A stretch of 64,000 nt of DNA from the human T2T-CHM13v2.0 reference genome, Homo sapiens. Of the stretch, positions 41,850 through 60,254 are shown piece after piece. The position numbers and the translations under genes were made by a program. Where the stretch lies: assembly GCF_009914755.1 (NCBI RefSeq), contig NC_060944.1. One strand, given 5' to 3'. The notes under the pieces were generated by a model that was not told where the DNA came from, made no database searches, and saw only the letters and a program-made list of their open reading frames with translations. Every line of letters starts with the position of its first letter. Positions within the stretch are counted from its first letter, which is position 1.

Positions 41850-42119
41850 GAGTGTTGCATCTTTTAAATAAATCTTATTAAAAAAGATAAACTAAAAAAA
41901 TTTATGTTAAAATTGTTACTCCTATTTTGTATATGCTGAAATATCTTCTAGTTTACTAGTTGTCTTTTAATTTTGATTATGGCTTTTTAAAAAAATACTA
42001 CATAAGTTTCCAAATTTTATATAGAAAAATCCATCTACCTTTTATCTTATGGTTTCTATCTTTGATGTCATGCTTAAAAAATCCTTTTCTCCTTAACATT
42101 GTAGAATGGTTAATCTATG

Positions 42120-42885
<766 letters not shown>

Positions 42886-43585
42886 TAATGTACTTCTTTA
42901 AAGTATTCGTTGGGCTTTGTTTTTTATGTTTAAAATTTCAACTTATTTGAACTTATTTTGGTGAAAGTATAAGGTAGGCATTTAAGTGTAGAGTTCTACA
43001 AATGACTAGATTCCCAGTGCTTTTTTTTTTCATAATCTATTCTTTGCTTGCTGATTTTAAATGACATTTTAATCATAAATCATATGTATATGTGGTATAT
43101 ATAACAGGTTATTATATATACATATATATGATATATATGTACACACACACACATACATATACACATATGCCATAGTGAACTTCTGGACTTTATATTTTTT
43201 ATTGCTATGCTATTGTACTAATATAACTTTATAATACAAATCTAAGTGGGGTTAGTGTACACTCATTGCTCTTATTAATTTTCAAAAACTTTCTAGCTAT
43301 CCAAGTAACCATTTCTAATTGAAATAATCCAGTGAAAACAATTTTGACTAGCACCATTTGAAAACACCCTTGCAAATTTGAAGTTTCAGAGCTAAGGAAA
43401 TGACTAAGCAGTAAGTTAGTTCCTGTGTTAGTTTTTTACATAGGACTGACAATGAGATTGATTTAAATGACCTGTCATTTGCTTCTGACTGGCATAGCCT
43501 AAATCACAGGCATTTCAGAAGGAATATCAGTGATGATGATCGGAAGTCCTTTTTCGTATTTAGTTCTGTTTAAAAATTCTTCTTT

Positions 43586-43883
43586 TGCTGGGCATTGTGG
43601 CTCATGCCTGTAATCCCAGCACTTCGGGAGGCCGAGGCAGGTGGATCACCTGAGGTCAGGAGTTTGAGACCAGCCTGGCCAATGTGGCGAGACCTTGTCT
43701 CTACTAAAAATACAAAAATTAGTCGGGCATGATGGTGGGCGCCTGTAATCCAAGCTACTTGGGAGACTCAGTCAGGAGAGTCGCTTGAACCCCAGGGGCG
43801 GAGGTTGCAGTGAGCCAAGATTGTGCCTCTTCACTCCAGCCTGGGCAGAAGATCAAAACTCTTTCTCAAAAAAAAAAAAAAAA
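43586..43883 (+). mobile_element. AluS
   Basis: TSD AAAAT(T/C)CTTCTTTTGCT. Confidence 0.94.
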
Positions 43884-44978
43884 TCCTTCTTTTGCTAAAG
43901 CATAGGAACTGTAGGGAGGTTCTCTTTCAGTAGGGCCATGCCATCCTGAGAAAGTATGCAAGTGGTTATTTGCTGTAATGTGTACTGTATCCACATATTC
44001 TTCTTTAGCCCATAAACTAAGATATTTTGTATATTATTTTTTATATATCAAGTTTAAAATTTTTTTATTGCACATGTATGCTCATATAAACCTTCAGAAT
44101 GTTACAGATGTATACAGGATAGACAGTAAAAATCTTTAGTGATTCTGCCTACTAGATATAATTAATGGTTTGGTGTGTATTACTCCAGATTTTTTGTGCT
44201 ATGATATAACAGTGTTTCATATTATTGGTTATTGTTTTATTATTGTTATGATCATCATTATTATATATATTTTCCTTTTACAAAAACAGGGCTATATTAT
44301 ATATAATTGTACAACTTTTTTTTGCTTTGTAATGTATGTTGTGCATTTTTTTCATGCTAGGAAAAGGTATATATCTTCTTTTTTTTTTCTTTTTAATATG
44401 GTGTTTCAGTATATGGTTATTTATTATATTTAACTTACTATCTTTTGATGATCATTTGAGTTGTTTCCTTTTCCTCCTCATCTCCCCCATTACAGACATT
44501 TCTACAGTCTTTGTGCATATCGTTTGAGATACTTGAACATAAGATAGATTTCAAGAAATAGATTTGGATCAAAGGATATGAATATTTAAAAGTTGAATAA
44601 ATATTGCCAACTTATGTACTAAAATGTACCAATTTATACTACAGTAACATTTTATTTCGGTGCCTGATTTTCTATGCTATTATCAGCATTAATTATTAAT
44701 TTAAAATTTTTTGTCAGTCATTTTAGTTTTTGTTTTAATAATTGATTGAGAATCTTTTTGTGTTTCTTTGTCATTTGAATTTCTTCTATGCCTGCTTGAT
44801 CATGCTCAGAGTATGGTTTTTATATGTATTTCAAGTACAAGGCATTTTTTTATTGTTGGAAAAGCCTCTTTTTCTCAGTAGTTTTTTTTTTTTTCTTCTT
44901 TTTTTTTCTGTAGACTTCCTCTGTGGACATCTCAGTAGTTTTAAGCTTAGTGTCAGTCTCTCTCCCTTTCTATTTTAG

Positions 44979-45179
<201 letters not shown>

Positions 45180-45181
45180 TA

Positions 45182-45520
<339 letters not shown>

Positions 45521-47057
45521 TCAATGGCTTACTTGTTTAAGTTGCAAACAATAAATGAATTATGTGTAAATTTGTAAGTGTCGCTATAGATGATACACCT
45601 CTACTGACTCTAGTTGTAGTCATTAATTAATTTAAGTGTGTTCCACCCCTCTCCATTCCAGAGGTTGTGTATTGATAGCCCTCTGGCAGGACATAGGCCA
45701 TAGAAATGCTTAGTTTGATTTGTGCTACTCTCTCTCTCTGTCTGTCACTCACTCATTTTGAATAGTTTAGACAACCACATTTTAACATGTCAACATTCAC
45801 TAGAGCTGAGTAGTGGTTCAGAGTATGAACTCTCTACTTTATCAGTCTCCATGATTCCCTGTTGTGTCACCAAGTATTAGCTGCCACTTATTACAGTATT
45901 TCTCTAATGTTTTTCTTATAATAGTGTTAAGAAGAAAGCAAACTGTATTTTTGAACTCATGTCACTGAAACCCAGCCTTGTTCATTTTTTATCTTTCTTC
46001 TGCCTGGCCCCTATAGGTGTTTTGAATTTGTAAGTTTTGGTTTGTAGATCCCCATATCCTCTTCATCTGGAGGCTGTGTACTCTCCAACCCCTGTCTCCT
46101 TCTAGAATGTTAAGGGCCCATAGAATGCATCTCCAGTGAAGCTCTTCCAGTGCTCACACCCTAAGCAGTTCCCAGGCTTAACTGTCCCAGAACCCTTCAT
46201 CACAGCACTGTTGTAATACACCCCCCCGCCAACCCTGCCTTCCTCAGGGGCTCTGTGGTCCTCTCCATCCTTCCTTACCACAGCTCTTCCTCTTCTCTGA
46301 TTAATTAATTCTCCTATTAAAAGACTTACACAAATTCATGTTCCCAAGGTAAGTCCTCCCTCTTTTTTGGGAGAAGGAGTGAGGAGATTTACTAGTTACA
46401 ATTTTAGATTTAAAGAATATAATTTAAGCTGCTTATTTGTATAGTGTTTTACTTTTCAAAAAACATGGCTTTTTTAAAATTGGAAATTTAATAAATAATA
46501 GTCTTATTTTTGGACATAGTAGAATGTAACTGCAACGTAGTGGGCCAATTTTTAATTTTTCCCCCTCACACATGCGTTGATTTAGCTTACTTTGGAAGTT
46601 AATGACCCCATTGTGATTTTTGGGACTTCTGGTTGATGACCTTATTGTGTAGTTGCTGCTGACATCTGGGGGTGGTAATAACTTTTAAGAGGCAGGGAAA
46701 CTTGACAACTATGGGGTCAAGGTTATCTTTAGGATGTAGATACTCTTAGGTCTCGCCTTTCTACTTTGAAAGGCAATGTACTGTGGTTACCAAAATAATA
46801 ATAATAAAAAAGCTTGATTGATGTTGTGAGGTTTAGGGAACAAGACCCATATATGAGAGAGGGAAAAGGAGAGAGGGAGATATATCAGGTTCTTTAACCA
46901 TCAGATGCTTAGACTTTTGTTGGAATTTGGGTGAGCTTCTCAGTGGGTAAGTGAAAAATCATTTACCAAGCTTCAAATGTAATTCCACATGTATTTTTTA
47001 TTGGAGCATTACTTTTATTTTACCAGATCTTTTTGTTTGTTTGTTTGTTCTAACCAG

Positions 47058-47195
47058 GCAATCTTCATGATTCCTACAAATCCTCCTCCCACATTCCGAA
47101 AACCAGAGCTATGGTCAGATAACTTTACAGATTTTGTGAAACAGTGTCTTGTAAAGAGCCCTGAGCAGAGGGCCACAGCCACTCAGCTCCTGCAG
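47058..47195 (+). CDS. STK4: STK4 exon 7 ([46 protein letters not shown])
   Basis: ACCAG| acceptor, CAG|GTATG donor; 138 nt. Confidence 0.98.
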
Positions 47196-47298
47196 GTATG
47201 AATCACCCTGTGATGCCATCTCGCTCCATTTCATTTACTTGCTGACCAAAAGATGCCATGAGGTCACCTACGTGGAGATAGTAAAGAAGTATAAGGCA

Positions 47299-47600
47299 GG
47301 CTGGGTGCAGTGGCTCACGCCTGTAATCGTAGCACTTTGGGAGGCTGAGGCAGGTATATTGCTTGAGCCCAGGAGTTTGAGGCCAGCCAGCATGGTGAAA
47401 CCATGTCTCTACAAAAAGAATGCAAAAAATTAGCCAGGTGTGGTGGCGCATGCCTGTAGTTCCAGCTACCTGGAAGGCTGAGGTGGGAGGTGGGAGAATC
47501 TCTTGATCCCAGGAGGTTGAGGCCGCAGTGAGGCATGATTGTGCTGCTACATTCCAGCCTGAGCAATAGAGTGAGACGCTATCTCGAAAAACAAAGTAAA
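47299..47600 (+). mobile_element. AluJ
   Basis: Alu consensus. Confidence 0.92.
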
Positions 47601-48094
47601 AGAAGTTTAAGACATTCTCTACCTCTAGGGAGGTTTGAATCTATTTGAGTAGAAAAGAATGTTAAATCATTGAACAAGACAATAATGTAAGAAAATACAG
47701 GGCAGTATGGGATTAGAGAAAGGGAACTGACATTTAGTGAGTACCTGCTGTCCGCCACATACTTTGCATATGTGCCATTTAATCATCACATAGACCCTGT
47801 GAAGGGTGGGTATTATTTCAGTTTTATAGATAAAAAATGGAAACTTAGGGAGGTTTACTCATTTCGGGTCACTCAGCTGGTAAGTAGCACAGTCAGTATT
47901 AGAACTTGAGCCTTTTTTATTCCAAAGCAGGGGTACCATCAAGCCTACCCGAGTCTGACAAAGAATTAAGAGCAGTGGTGGGTACTGTTGTAGTTCAGGG
48001 TGGGAGAAGGCCTCTTTGGACTGGAGATGCAAAAAGTGTTTTCCTGGAGGAGGTAGCTTCTAGGCCTGGTCCTTGAAGGACAGGTGGCATGTGG

Positions 48095-48350
48095 CAGGCA
48101 GTATGCTTAGTGGTTAGGAGCTTGGATCCTGGTCAGATTGCCCAGGTTTGAATCCTGGCTCCCAATTTACTAGCTTTGTGATCTTGGGCAAGTAACTTAA
48201 TCTCTCTGTTCTTTTGGTTTTGTGATCTGTGAAATGGGGATACAGTACCTGCCTCATGTGTTGTGATGATTAAATGATATAATGTGTGTTACTTTGAACA
48301 ATGTTCACATGTATTGAAGACAGTATGGTATGAACGTGATAAATATTAGC
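48095..48350 (+). mobile_element. MIR
   Basis: GGTTTGAATCCTGGCTC...TGTGATCTTGGGCAAGTAACTTAATCTCTCTG. Confidence 0.75.
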
Positions 48351-48568
48351 TATTATAATTGGGCTAGGCCAACCATTTGCAGTCATTTCAGACCCAGTGC
48401 CCCCTTTTTATAACCAATGTATATATTTAAAAACTCTCATTACTTTTCTGGAATGAAACTCACATATAATAAAACCTTTTTATGCCCATAATTTAAAAAG
48501 AATCAATATTGTCTATGATGTGATGGAGAAAAATAAAGATAATTTATAATGAAATAATATGGCTTTCA

Positions 48569-48988
<420 letters not shown>

Positions 48989-50280
48989 TCAGAAACTACG
49001 CCATTTAAGAAATACAGTAAAAACAATGAGTGGACACTAGCATGAAACTGATGTTAAATAATAACAGGCCAGATTTATTTGTCTCTTATTACAGAAGGTG
49101 GGATATGATCTTACAGATTTTCTAAGTGGAAAGAACAAGGCAATATGATATTATTGCAAATGAGCTGGGTCTTATTTCTAAGTGGATTGCCAAATTCTTT
49201 TTCTACCTGGATGGGGTAGTGACAAAATGTTACGGAAATGTATCTCCTGTGTTGCATTCTGACCACATTTTGAGGTATACTGTCCATCTCTGGAGTTCTT
49301 ACTTGGAACTTGTATCCTTTGACGGGTGATGGAGAACAGAGAATGGATTGCCAAGAAACAATGGGGACAATATTGGAGTAAGTTTGGAAGACAACAGGCA
49401 ATTCCCCAAAAAGAATTTCCATATGTAACTTTCACAGCATAGATTTCTTATCACGTGCTACAAATACAAACAATAAAAACATATGATGGTATTAATATTA
49501 AAAACTTATAAAGCAAATTTTATTAATGAAATTCAGCAATACCCCTTTGTTTCAAGTATCTTTGGTGATTGAATAATATTTGGGTCAAAATCTGTTACAT
49601 ATATATGATCAGTTTTAGTATGTCTGCAGCAACTGCATTTTTGCACTAAAATCCTTTTTACCTAAATGTGTAGTTGGAAATGCTACCATAGAAAGAACAA
49701 GTCAGATGAGTAGATTTTTCAGTGATTTCTAAATAATTTCTTTATTCCATTAAGCTCCCCTCTCTAAAATCACCTCCCAAATCACTGGCCTTTTTGCATA
49801 TCTCTTGAAAACATTTTTTTAGTATTATCTACTAAGGTGTATACACACCCTGAGACATTTGAAAAATGTGCAGAATCTGCCACAGTTCATGGTCGTACAG
49901 GACAGTTCTGTACTTTGCAAAATTGCTAATGTCCCATGCCATTTGTGCTCACCAAACATTGTGGCAGCTATAACATGTTCCCAACATGTTTACACAAGTT
50001 CCTCCAGGAGATGATACTCCCTATTGAGAATCGCTAGATTTGACAGAGAGAAATGGCATAGGCATTTCAGCCAGGCTGAAAAAGATAGGCAAAGACTGAA
50101 TTTGCTCTACTCAGAGTTATAAAGCGAGTGTGGTTTAGCTGTTGTCCGAAGCACAAAGAGAAAGATCAGATTCGTTGATTGATTCAACACATGTTATCCA
50201 GTACCTACTGTGTTCCAGGTACTGTTTTGGCACTGTCACCATATAAACTGTCTCCAGTATTTTCTACTTTGTTCTTTTAG

Positions 50281-50409
50281 CACCCATTTGTCAGGAGTGC
50301 CAAAGGAGTGTCAATACTGCGAGACTTAATTAATGAAGCCATGGATGTGAAACTGAAACGCCAGGAATCCCAGCAGCGGGAAATGGACCAGGACGATGAA
50401 GAAAACTCA
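50281..50409 (+). CDS. STK4: STK4 exon 8 (HPFVRSAKGVSILRDLINEAMDVKLKRQESQQREMDQDDEENS)
   Basis: TTTTAG| acceptor, TCA|GTGAGT donor; 129 nt; absent from the ORF track, read manually. Confidence 0.97.
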
Positions 50410-51055
50410 GTGAGTGGCAGCCGTTGCTGTGGGCCTCAGACATTGATGCTTGTTATTTTATGATTGCCAAACCAGGTAAGATGAGTAGGAGGTATTGGAT
50501 CAACTTGGAGCTGGAGATGCTTCCAGCATAACTATGTCCTAACCTGGATCAACGCATGCTAGAGGGTTGTTGTATCTGTGCTTATTCTTCTCCCAGTGCT
50601 TCCTAAAACACTTTTAAATTTTACTCTTTGCCCCTCTTTTACTCAATTTAACTTTTTATTTTAGAGAGAGAATGCTCAGGTCTGGGACTTGGCTTTTCAT
50701 ATCCTTTTGGGGAATCTGGGATCCATACTTAACATGTAGCTTTTACATTTATAGACTTCCTCACAACCCTGAGATTCCAAAGATGTTCACATGAGTTTCT
50801 TAGATCTATGTCACAAAACTCTATTAAGAAGAGTAGAGGAAGAATTCCTTTAGGGTTAGATACACTGCTTATTATCACGTGGATAAATTTGTCTTCTTTG
50901 CTTAAGTAACAGCGCTTTCATTTCTGGAAGGTGAGTTTAGGACCTGAATAAGTGTTAAATCTCGAAATATTTTCACTAAGACAGGTAGTAGTTATTCAGA
51001 AAACTCAAAGTCTTTTGTCAAATTAGCCCCAATTTGAGATTGTATCCTTTTACAG

Positions 51056-51242
51056 GAAGAGGATGAAATGGATTCTGGCACGATGGTTCGAGCAGTGGGT
51101 GATGAGATGGGCACTGTCCGAGTAGCCAGCACCATGACTGATGGAGCCAATACTATGATTGAGCACGATGACACGTTGCCATCACAACTGGGCACCATGG
51201 TGATCAATGCAGAGGATGAGGAAGAGGAAGGAACTATGAAAA
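51056..51242 (+). CDS. STK4: STK4 exon 9 (EEDEMDSGTMV...EEEGTMK; caspase sites DEMD326 and TMTD349, T-M docking motifs); gene continues beyond right edge
   Basis: TTACAG| acceptor, A|GTAAGG donor; 187 nt. Confidence 0.98.
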
Positions 51243-52906
51243 GTAAGGCTCTGAGTAAATTCACTGACTTCTTAGACCAAGCATACATATTTCAGAGAAG
51301 ACAGATTCTCATGGTTCATGCAGGCTTAGCCTTGGGTTCTTTCTTTTGTCACAACCAAAGGAGTAGAAAACTTGGAAGTTTGCGATGGGGACAGGAGGTT
51401 TGGTGAGGGGGAAAGCTGGCCTGTGGAGTCAAAGTCAAGAAAGCATCAACAGTGAGAAAGAATTTTGCTTTTGAACCAGAGCAGCCATTTTCTCATTGAA
51501 TGTTGTTATTATTTTCCTTCCTTACCTTGATCTTTGGAGGCAAGCACATGCATTGTTTGATGCATAATTCCTGTGAAGGTGTAATGACATTCTGAGTTAT
51601 TTACTGTACATACATCTTCAGTTTATTTTCATGACAGTTTGGGTCTAACCCAAGTTTACCAATACTGTCAGTCAATGAAAGATGACTGTACAAGTTGAAA
51701 AGTTCTATCCAGTTTCTTCTAGTTTAAACTCATCTCTGCTTCTGTCCGTATCTGGCTGATCCTTTTTTGCCTGTGACTAGGCCTAACATCTTGTGTTCAG
51801 CTCCTATCTTAGAGTGAAATTCTTGTGTCATTCAGTGCTCGTGGTGCTTTATGTTTCATCCCTTAAACTCAAGATTAAGGCACTGTAGAAATCCCATGTT
51901 TGATGATGTACAAATTATCAACTAAATGCCATGTACTAGATTGCCCTTCTCCTCCCCTCCTGTTTTAAAAGTAGCCAGTATGATTTGTTAGTAATGTTCA
52001 TTTTGCAGTAATGAGCTACTGACCTCTAGTTATTTTCATTGACTCTGAGTACTAAATTGTCTACTTGTCTTAAGGGGTTTAATTATGTAGATGATTATAA
52101 CCGCTGTGTAATACAACTAGGCCAACCTGTTAGTATGTGTTGTACATGCACGTGTTAGGGAAATTGTGCCCATTTTTATTTAAAGAATTAATTTTTTTCC
52201 AAATGTGATTTTCATAATTCAAATGCTAATTCAATGAGTTGTTTATTCTTTTCAGTTTCTGAACTTGTTTTCAGAACTGGATAGTTTTAGCATGTCTAAT
52301 GAGAAACATGCATCTTTTATTATAATCATGAAGAGAACTGTTTAAAAACCTAAGCAGTCACAGTCTGAGTAACATTAAATACAATTTGTTCACAGACAGT
52401 CTGTTGCAGATTTTGTAATTCTCCCTTTTGGATTACAGATTTGACAGATTTGCCACTTATTTTGAGATTTTTAAAAATTCCTTATTGTTTTAGGAGTTAC
52501 TTAAATTTATCATTATGGAAAATTAAAACATACATACAATTACACAGAATAATATAATGACCCCTATAGACCTATATCACTCAGCTTCAGCAATGATCAA
52601 CTCACTGCCCGTCTTATTTCAGCCCCACCTCACCAAAAAGCAATTAGTAAACACTTTGTAAAAGTATTCATTTTTAAGGCCATAAAAAGCAGTGAGAGGA
52701 GTAAGGGGTAAAAAAGATTCTTAAGGTAATGCAGGCTTCAAAGTCCTGATTTATAGGACATGCTATGACATCAGTGGTATTTTGGGCAAGATTTTTTTTT
52801 TTTTCTGATAATAACTCTAGAAAATAGTAAAATGAATTAATTCAAAGTAAATCTGAGTCATCATACCATTTCTTTATAATTGATTTTAAGTATTTATTTA
52901 AGTTAT

Positions 52907-53190
52907 TATTTTTTTAACAGATAGGGTCTTGTTCTTGCCCAGGTTAGCGTACAGTAGGTATGATCAGCTCACTGTAACCTTGATCTCCTGGGCTCAAACT
53001 ATCCTCCCACCTCAGTCTCCCAAGTAGCTGGGAGTATGTATAGGTGTGTCCAGCTAATTTTTAAATTTTTTGTAGAGACAGGGTCTTGCTATGATGCCCA
53101 GGCTGGTTTTGGGCTCCTGGTCTTAAGTGATCATCCTGCCTTGGCCTCCCAAAGTGCTGGAATTAGAGGTGTGAGCCACCTCTCCTGGCC
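52907..53190 (-). mobile_element. AluJ
   Basis: Diverged Alu consensus. Confidence 0.9.
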
Positions 53191-53600
53191 TGATTTAATA
53201 TTTAATATTGGACCAGGTACAAGCCTGGGGCTCAGATACTGATCTATGTGGTGTTAGATAATTCACTTTCCTCCTATGGGTCTCAGTGCCCTAATCAGTA
53301 AAATTAAATTATTACTAAACTTGTTTATTTTCATTGTCCCTTATTCCTCTAATAGTCAACACATTTATAAAAATTGTGTAATTCATGACTTGCAGAACTG
53401 AAATTTCTAGAGGTTAAAATTTGTGAAAATGGATAGACTTTCATTTAGTTCCTTATTTGAACCTCTATGAAATGTTTATCCTTGGAAATTAAAATTATAA
53501 ATGTTAAGGGAGGCTATGCATGTGTGGCAGGGAGTATATGGGATATGGGAACCCTCCTTTCCTTCCTCTCAGTTTTGCTGTGAACCTAAAACGTCTCTAA

Positions 53601-53906
<306 letters not shown>

Positions 53907-53939
53907 TCTAAAAATGTCTTTAAAAAAATGATAACTGTT

Positions 53940-54366
<427 letters not shown>

Positions 54367-54371
54367 TCTTT

Positions 54372-54994
<623 letters not shown>

Positions 54995-55254
54995 TCACCG
55001 CCATCACTTCCTTTCCCTTACCTTAATCCCCTCTCTCCACTCTCTTCTACCAACTGGCAAAGTGTATGCATAAGTATATGCTTACTTAAATTTCTACTTT
55101 CCTAATAAATTTCAAAGTTAATCAGTATCTCTCTCCTCTTCCTGAATAAGAAAAAGGATTTAAGACACTTCGCCTTTTTTTCAAACTGCCTCTCTCATAT
55201 TTTGTTATTGTTGTCTATTGCTTTGGTTCACCAGGTTTTTAAAAAACATTAGCA

Positions 55255-55584
<330 letters not shown>

Positions 55585-56144
55585 TTAGAGTCAATACAAT
55601 TTATGAACATAGTGAGCTACTAATATGTTTGCTTACCTTTGCTTCTTTAAGCTTATACTTTATCTTATGGGCTCATTTTTCTTCTCCTTTCAGTAGGATG
55701 TAATGGGTAGCAAACTTTTATAATTTGTATGGTTAATAAAAGTCTTAATTTTTTTCTCTTTTTTGAATATAGTTTACTGAGGCATGGATTTCTAAGTGGA
55801 CTCTTATTTTCTCTTTGTACTTTGAAGAGATCATTTTGATATTTTCTGGTATCTGTTGATGGTGATGGAAATTCTGTTGTCAATATTGTTCTTTTCTAGA
55901 TGATTTACTTTTTTCTCTTTTTTTCATTTTCCTGAATATTTTCTGTTTTAACTTATTGTCTCTATGTTGGATTTTTTTTTTCCTTCTAATTCTGCTTCTT
56001 CTGGCTCTGTACTTTTCAATCTAAGGACCCAGGACTTTATTCAGTTTTAGAAAATTCTCTTTGGTTTCTCTATTATTATTATTTTTTCTAGGATTTCTTT
56101 TTCTCCTTTTTTATTTTATTTTTGTTTCATTTTGTTTCGGATGT

Positions 56145-56293
56145 ATTTATTTATTTATTTATTTATTTATTTATTCCCAGAAATGTGGTCTTGCTATGTT
56201 GTCCAGGCAGGTCTTGAACTCCTGGGCTCGTCATCCTCCTACCTCAGTCTCCCAAGCAGCTGGGACTACAGGTGCATACGACTGCTCCGGGCT
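56145..56293 (-). mobile_element. Alu monomer fragment with (TTTA)n tail
   Basis: Diverged Alu-like sequence. Confidence 0.75.
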
Positions 56294-57164
56294 TGTCTTA
56301 CAGATTTTTTTCTGTTTATCTCTTTGAACATTTCAATTTCCCTTTAAAAAAAAACTTTCAGATCCTGCTATTATTTTGTGTTTTTTGGGTCTAATTTTTC
56401 TGTTTATTGTGTTTGTTATCTCTCATATTGTTACATTTCTTCTTACACTTTGTAAATTTTGTTTTTGAGCTTATGTTTGGTGAGAATTATCTTGCTCGGA
56501 GGTCCTTTGTATTCCTTGGGTTGTACAGGCATCCCTAGGGCCCTATGGGGTATTTCTTTCTAGAGCAGTCTTTAGATTATTTCTCAGTTCCACATTGGAC
56601 TTGTGGTACAGCCAAGGGAATTGTATTTCTAGAAGTTGATTTTTTCCACCTCTTACCTACCGAAGCAGAAGCCATTTTTAAGCCATCTTCTTAAGCTTCT
56701 GGGCAGTATTGTCCTGGCTCCTATCTTTATGCTGGGAATTGAGTTCTGGCTTCCCCTTTAACAGGTATGTCTTGCCTTCTGCCTTATCCTGATTGCTATT
56801 TGCACATCTGCCTTAAAGCTAAAGTCCTTGTGATTTGGTTTTCCCAGTAGGCCACTCGGCTCAGTGCTGTGGGTTTCTTTCCCGCTTTTGGCATCTGGAA
56901 GTTTTCGTTTTCTGGTTCTGAGCGCTATGGGTTGTTTTTTGTTTGTTTGTTTGTTTGTTTTTTAAGTCTTGAGTTTCTGTTTGTTTATAACAGGAGGGGA
57001 GGCCTTAGCACTTCAGCTCATTCCGTTATCTTAACTGTCTACAGAGATGATGTTTCTCCACTTTCTCTATAAAGGAACAGGTTCAGAGAGATTGAGATTG
57101 TTGCTTGTTCATGGTCACATGGCTAGTAAGTGGTGGAGCTGGAAATTGAAAGCACTTCAGAGTT

Positions 57165-57479
<315 letters not shown>

Positions 57480-57644
57480 CTATGCTCTCTTCATTCCACA
57501 GAGCTTCTGATTTGTTTTGGTTGCCTATTATATTCATAGGCGTTAGATCCATAATAGAAAACTCATCATAGTTATGGTGATTCTGGTGCTGTCTTTCACT
57601 GAGAATCCAGGGATGGCTTTTGTTTGTTCGAAACAATTGTTTAT

Positions 57645-59945
<2,301 letters not shown>

Positions 59946-59949
59946 CAAT

Positions 59950-60254
59950 TATTTATTTGTTTATTTATTTTTTTCTGAAACGGAGTCTTGCTCTGTTGCC
60001 CAGGCTGGAGTGCAGTGGTGCGATCTCGGCTTATTGCGACCCCTGCCTCCTGGGTTCAAGCAATTCTCCTGTCTCAGCCTCCTGAGATTGGGATTACAGG
60101 TGCATGCCACCACACCTGGCTAATTTTTATGTTTTTAGTAGAGATGGGGTTTCACCATATTGGGCAGGCTGGTCTCCAACTCCTGACCTTGTGATCCGCC
60201 TGCCTCTGCCTCCCAAAGTGCTGGGATTACAGTCGTGAGCCACCGCGCCCGGCC
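59950..60254 (-). mobile_element. AluS
   Basis: TSD TCCCAATTATTTATT. Confidence 0.94.

Noticed and set aside
50992-51288. 98-aa antisense ORF over STK4 exon 9
   Set aside because: Shadow of the sense coding frame, with no independent promoter or splice evidence.
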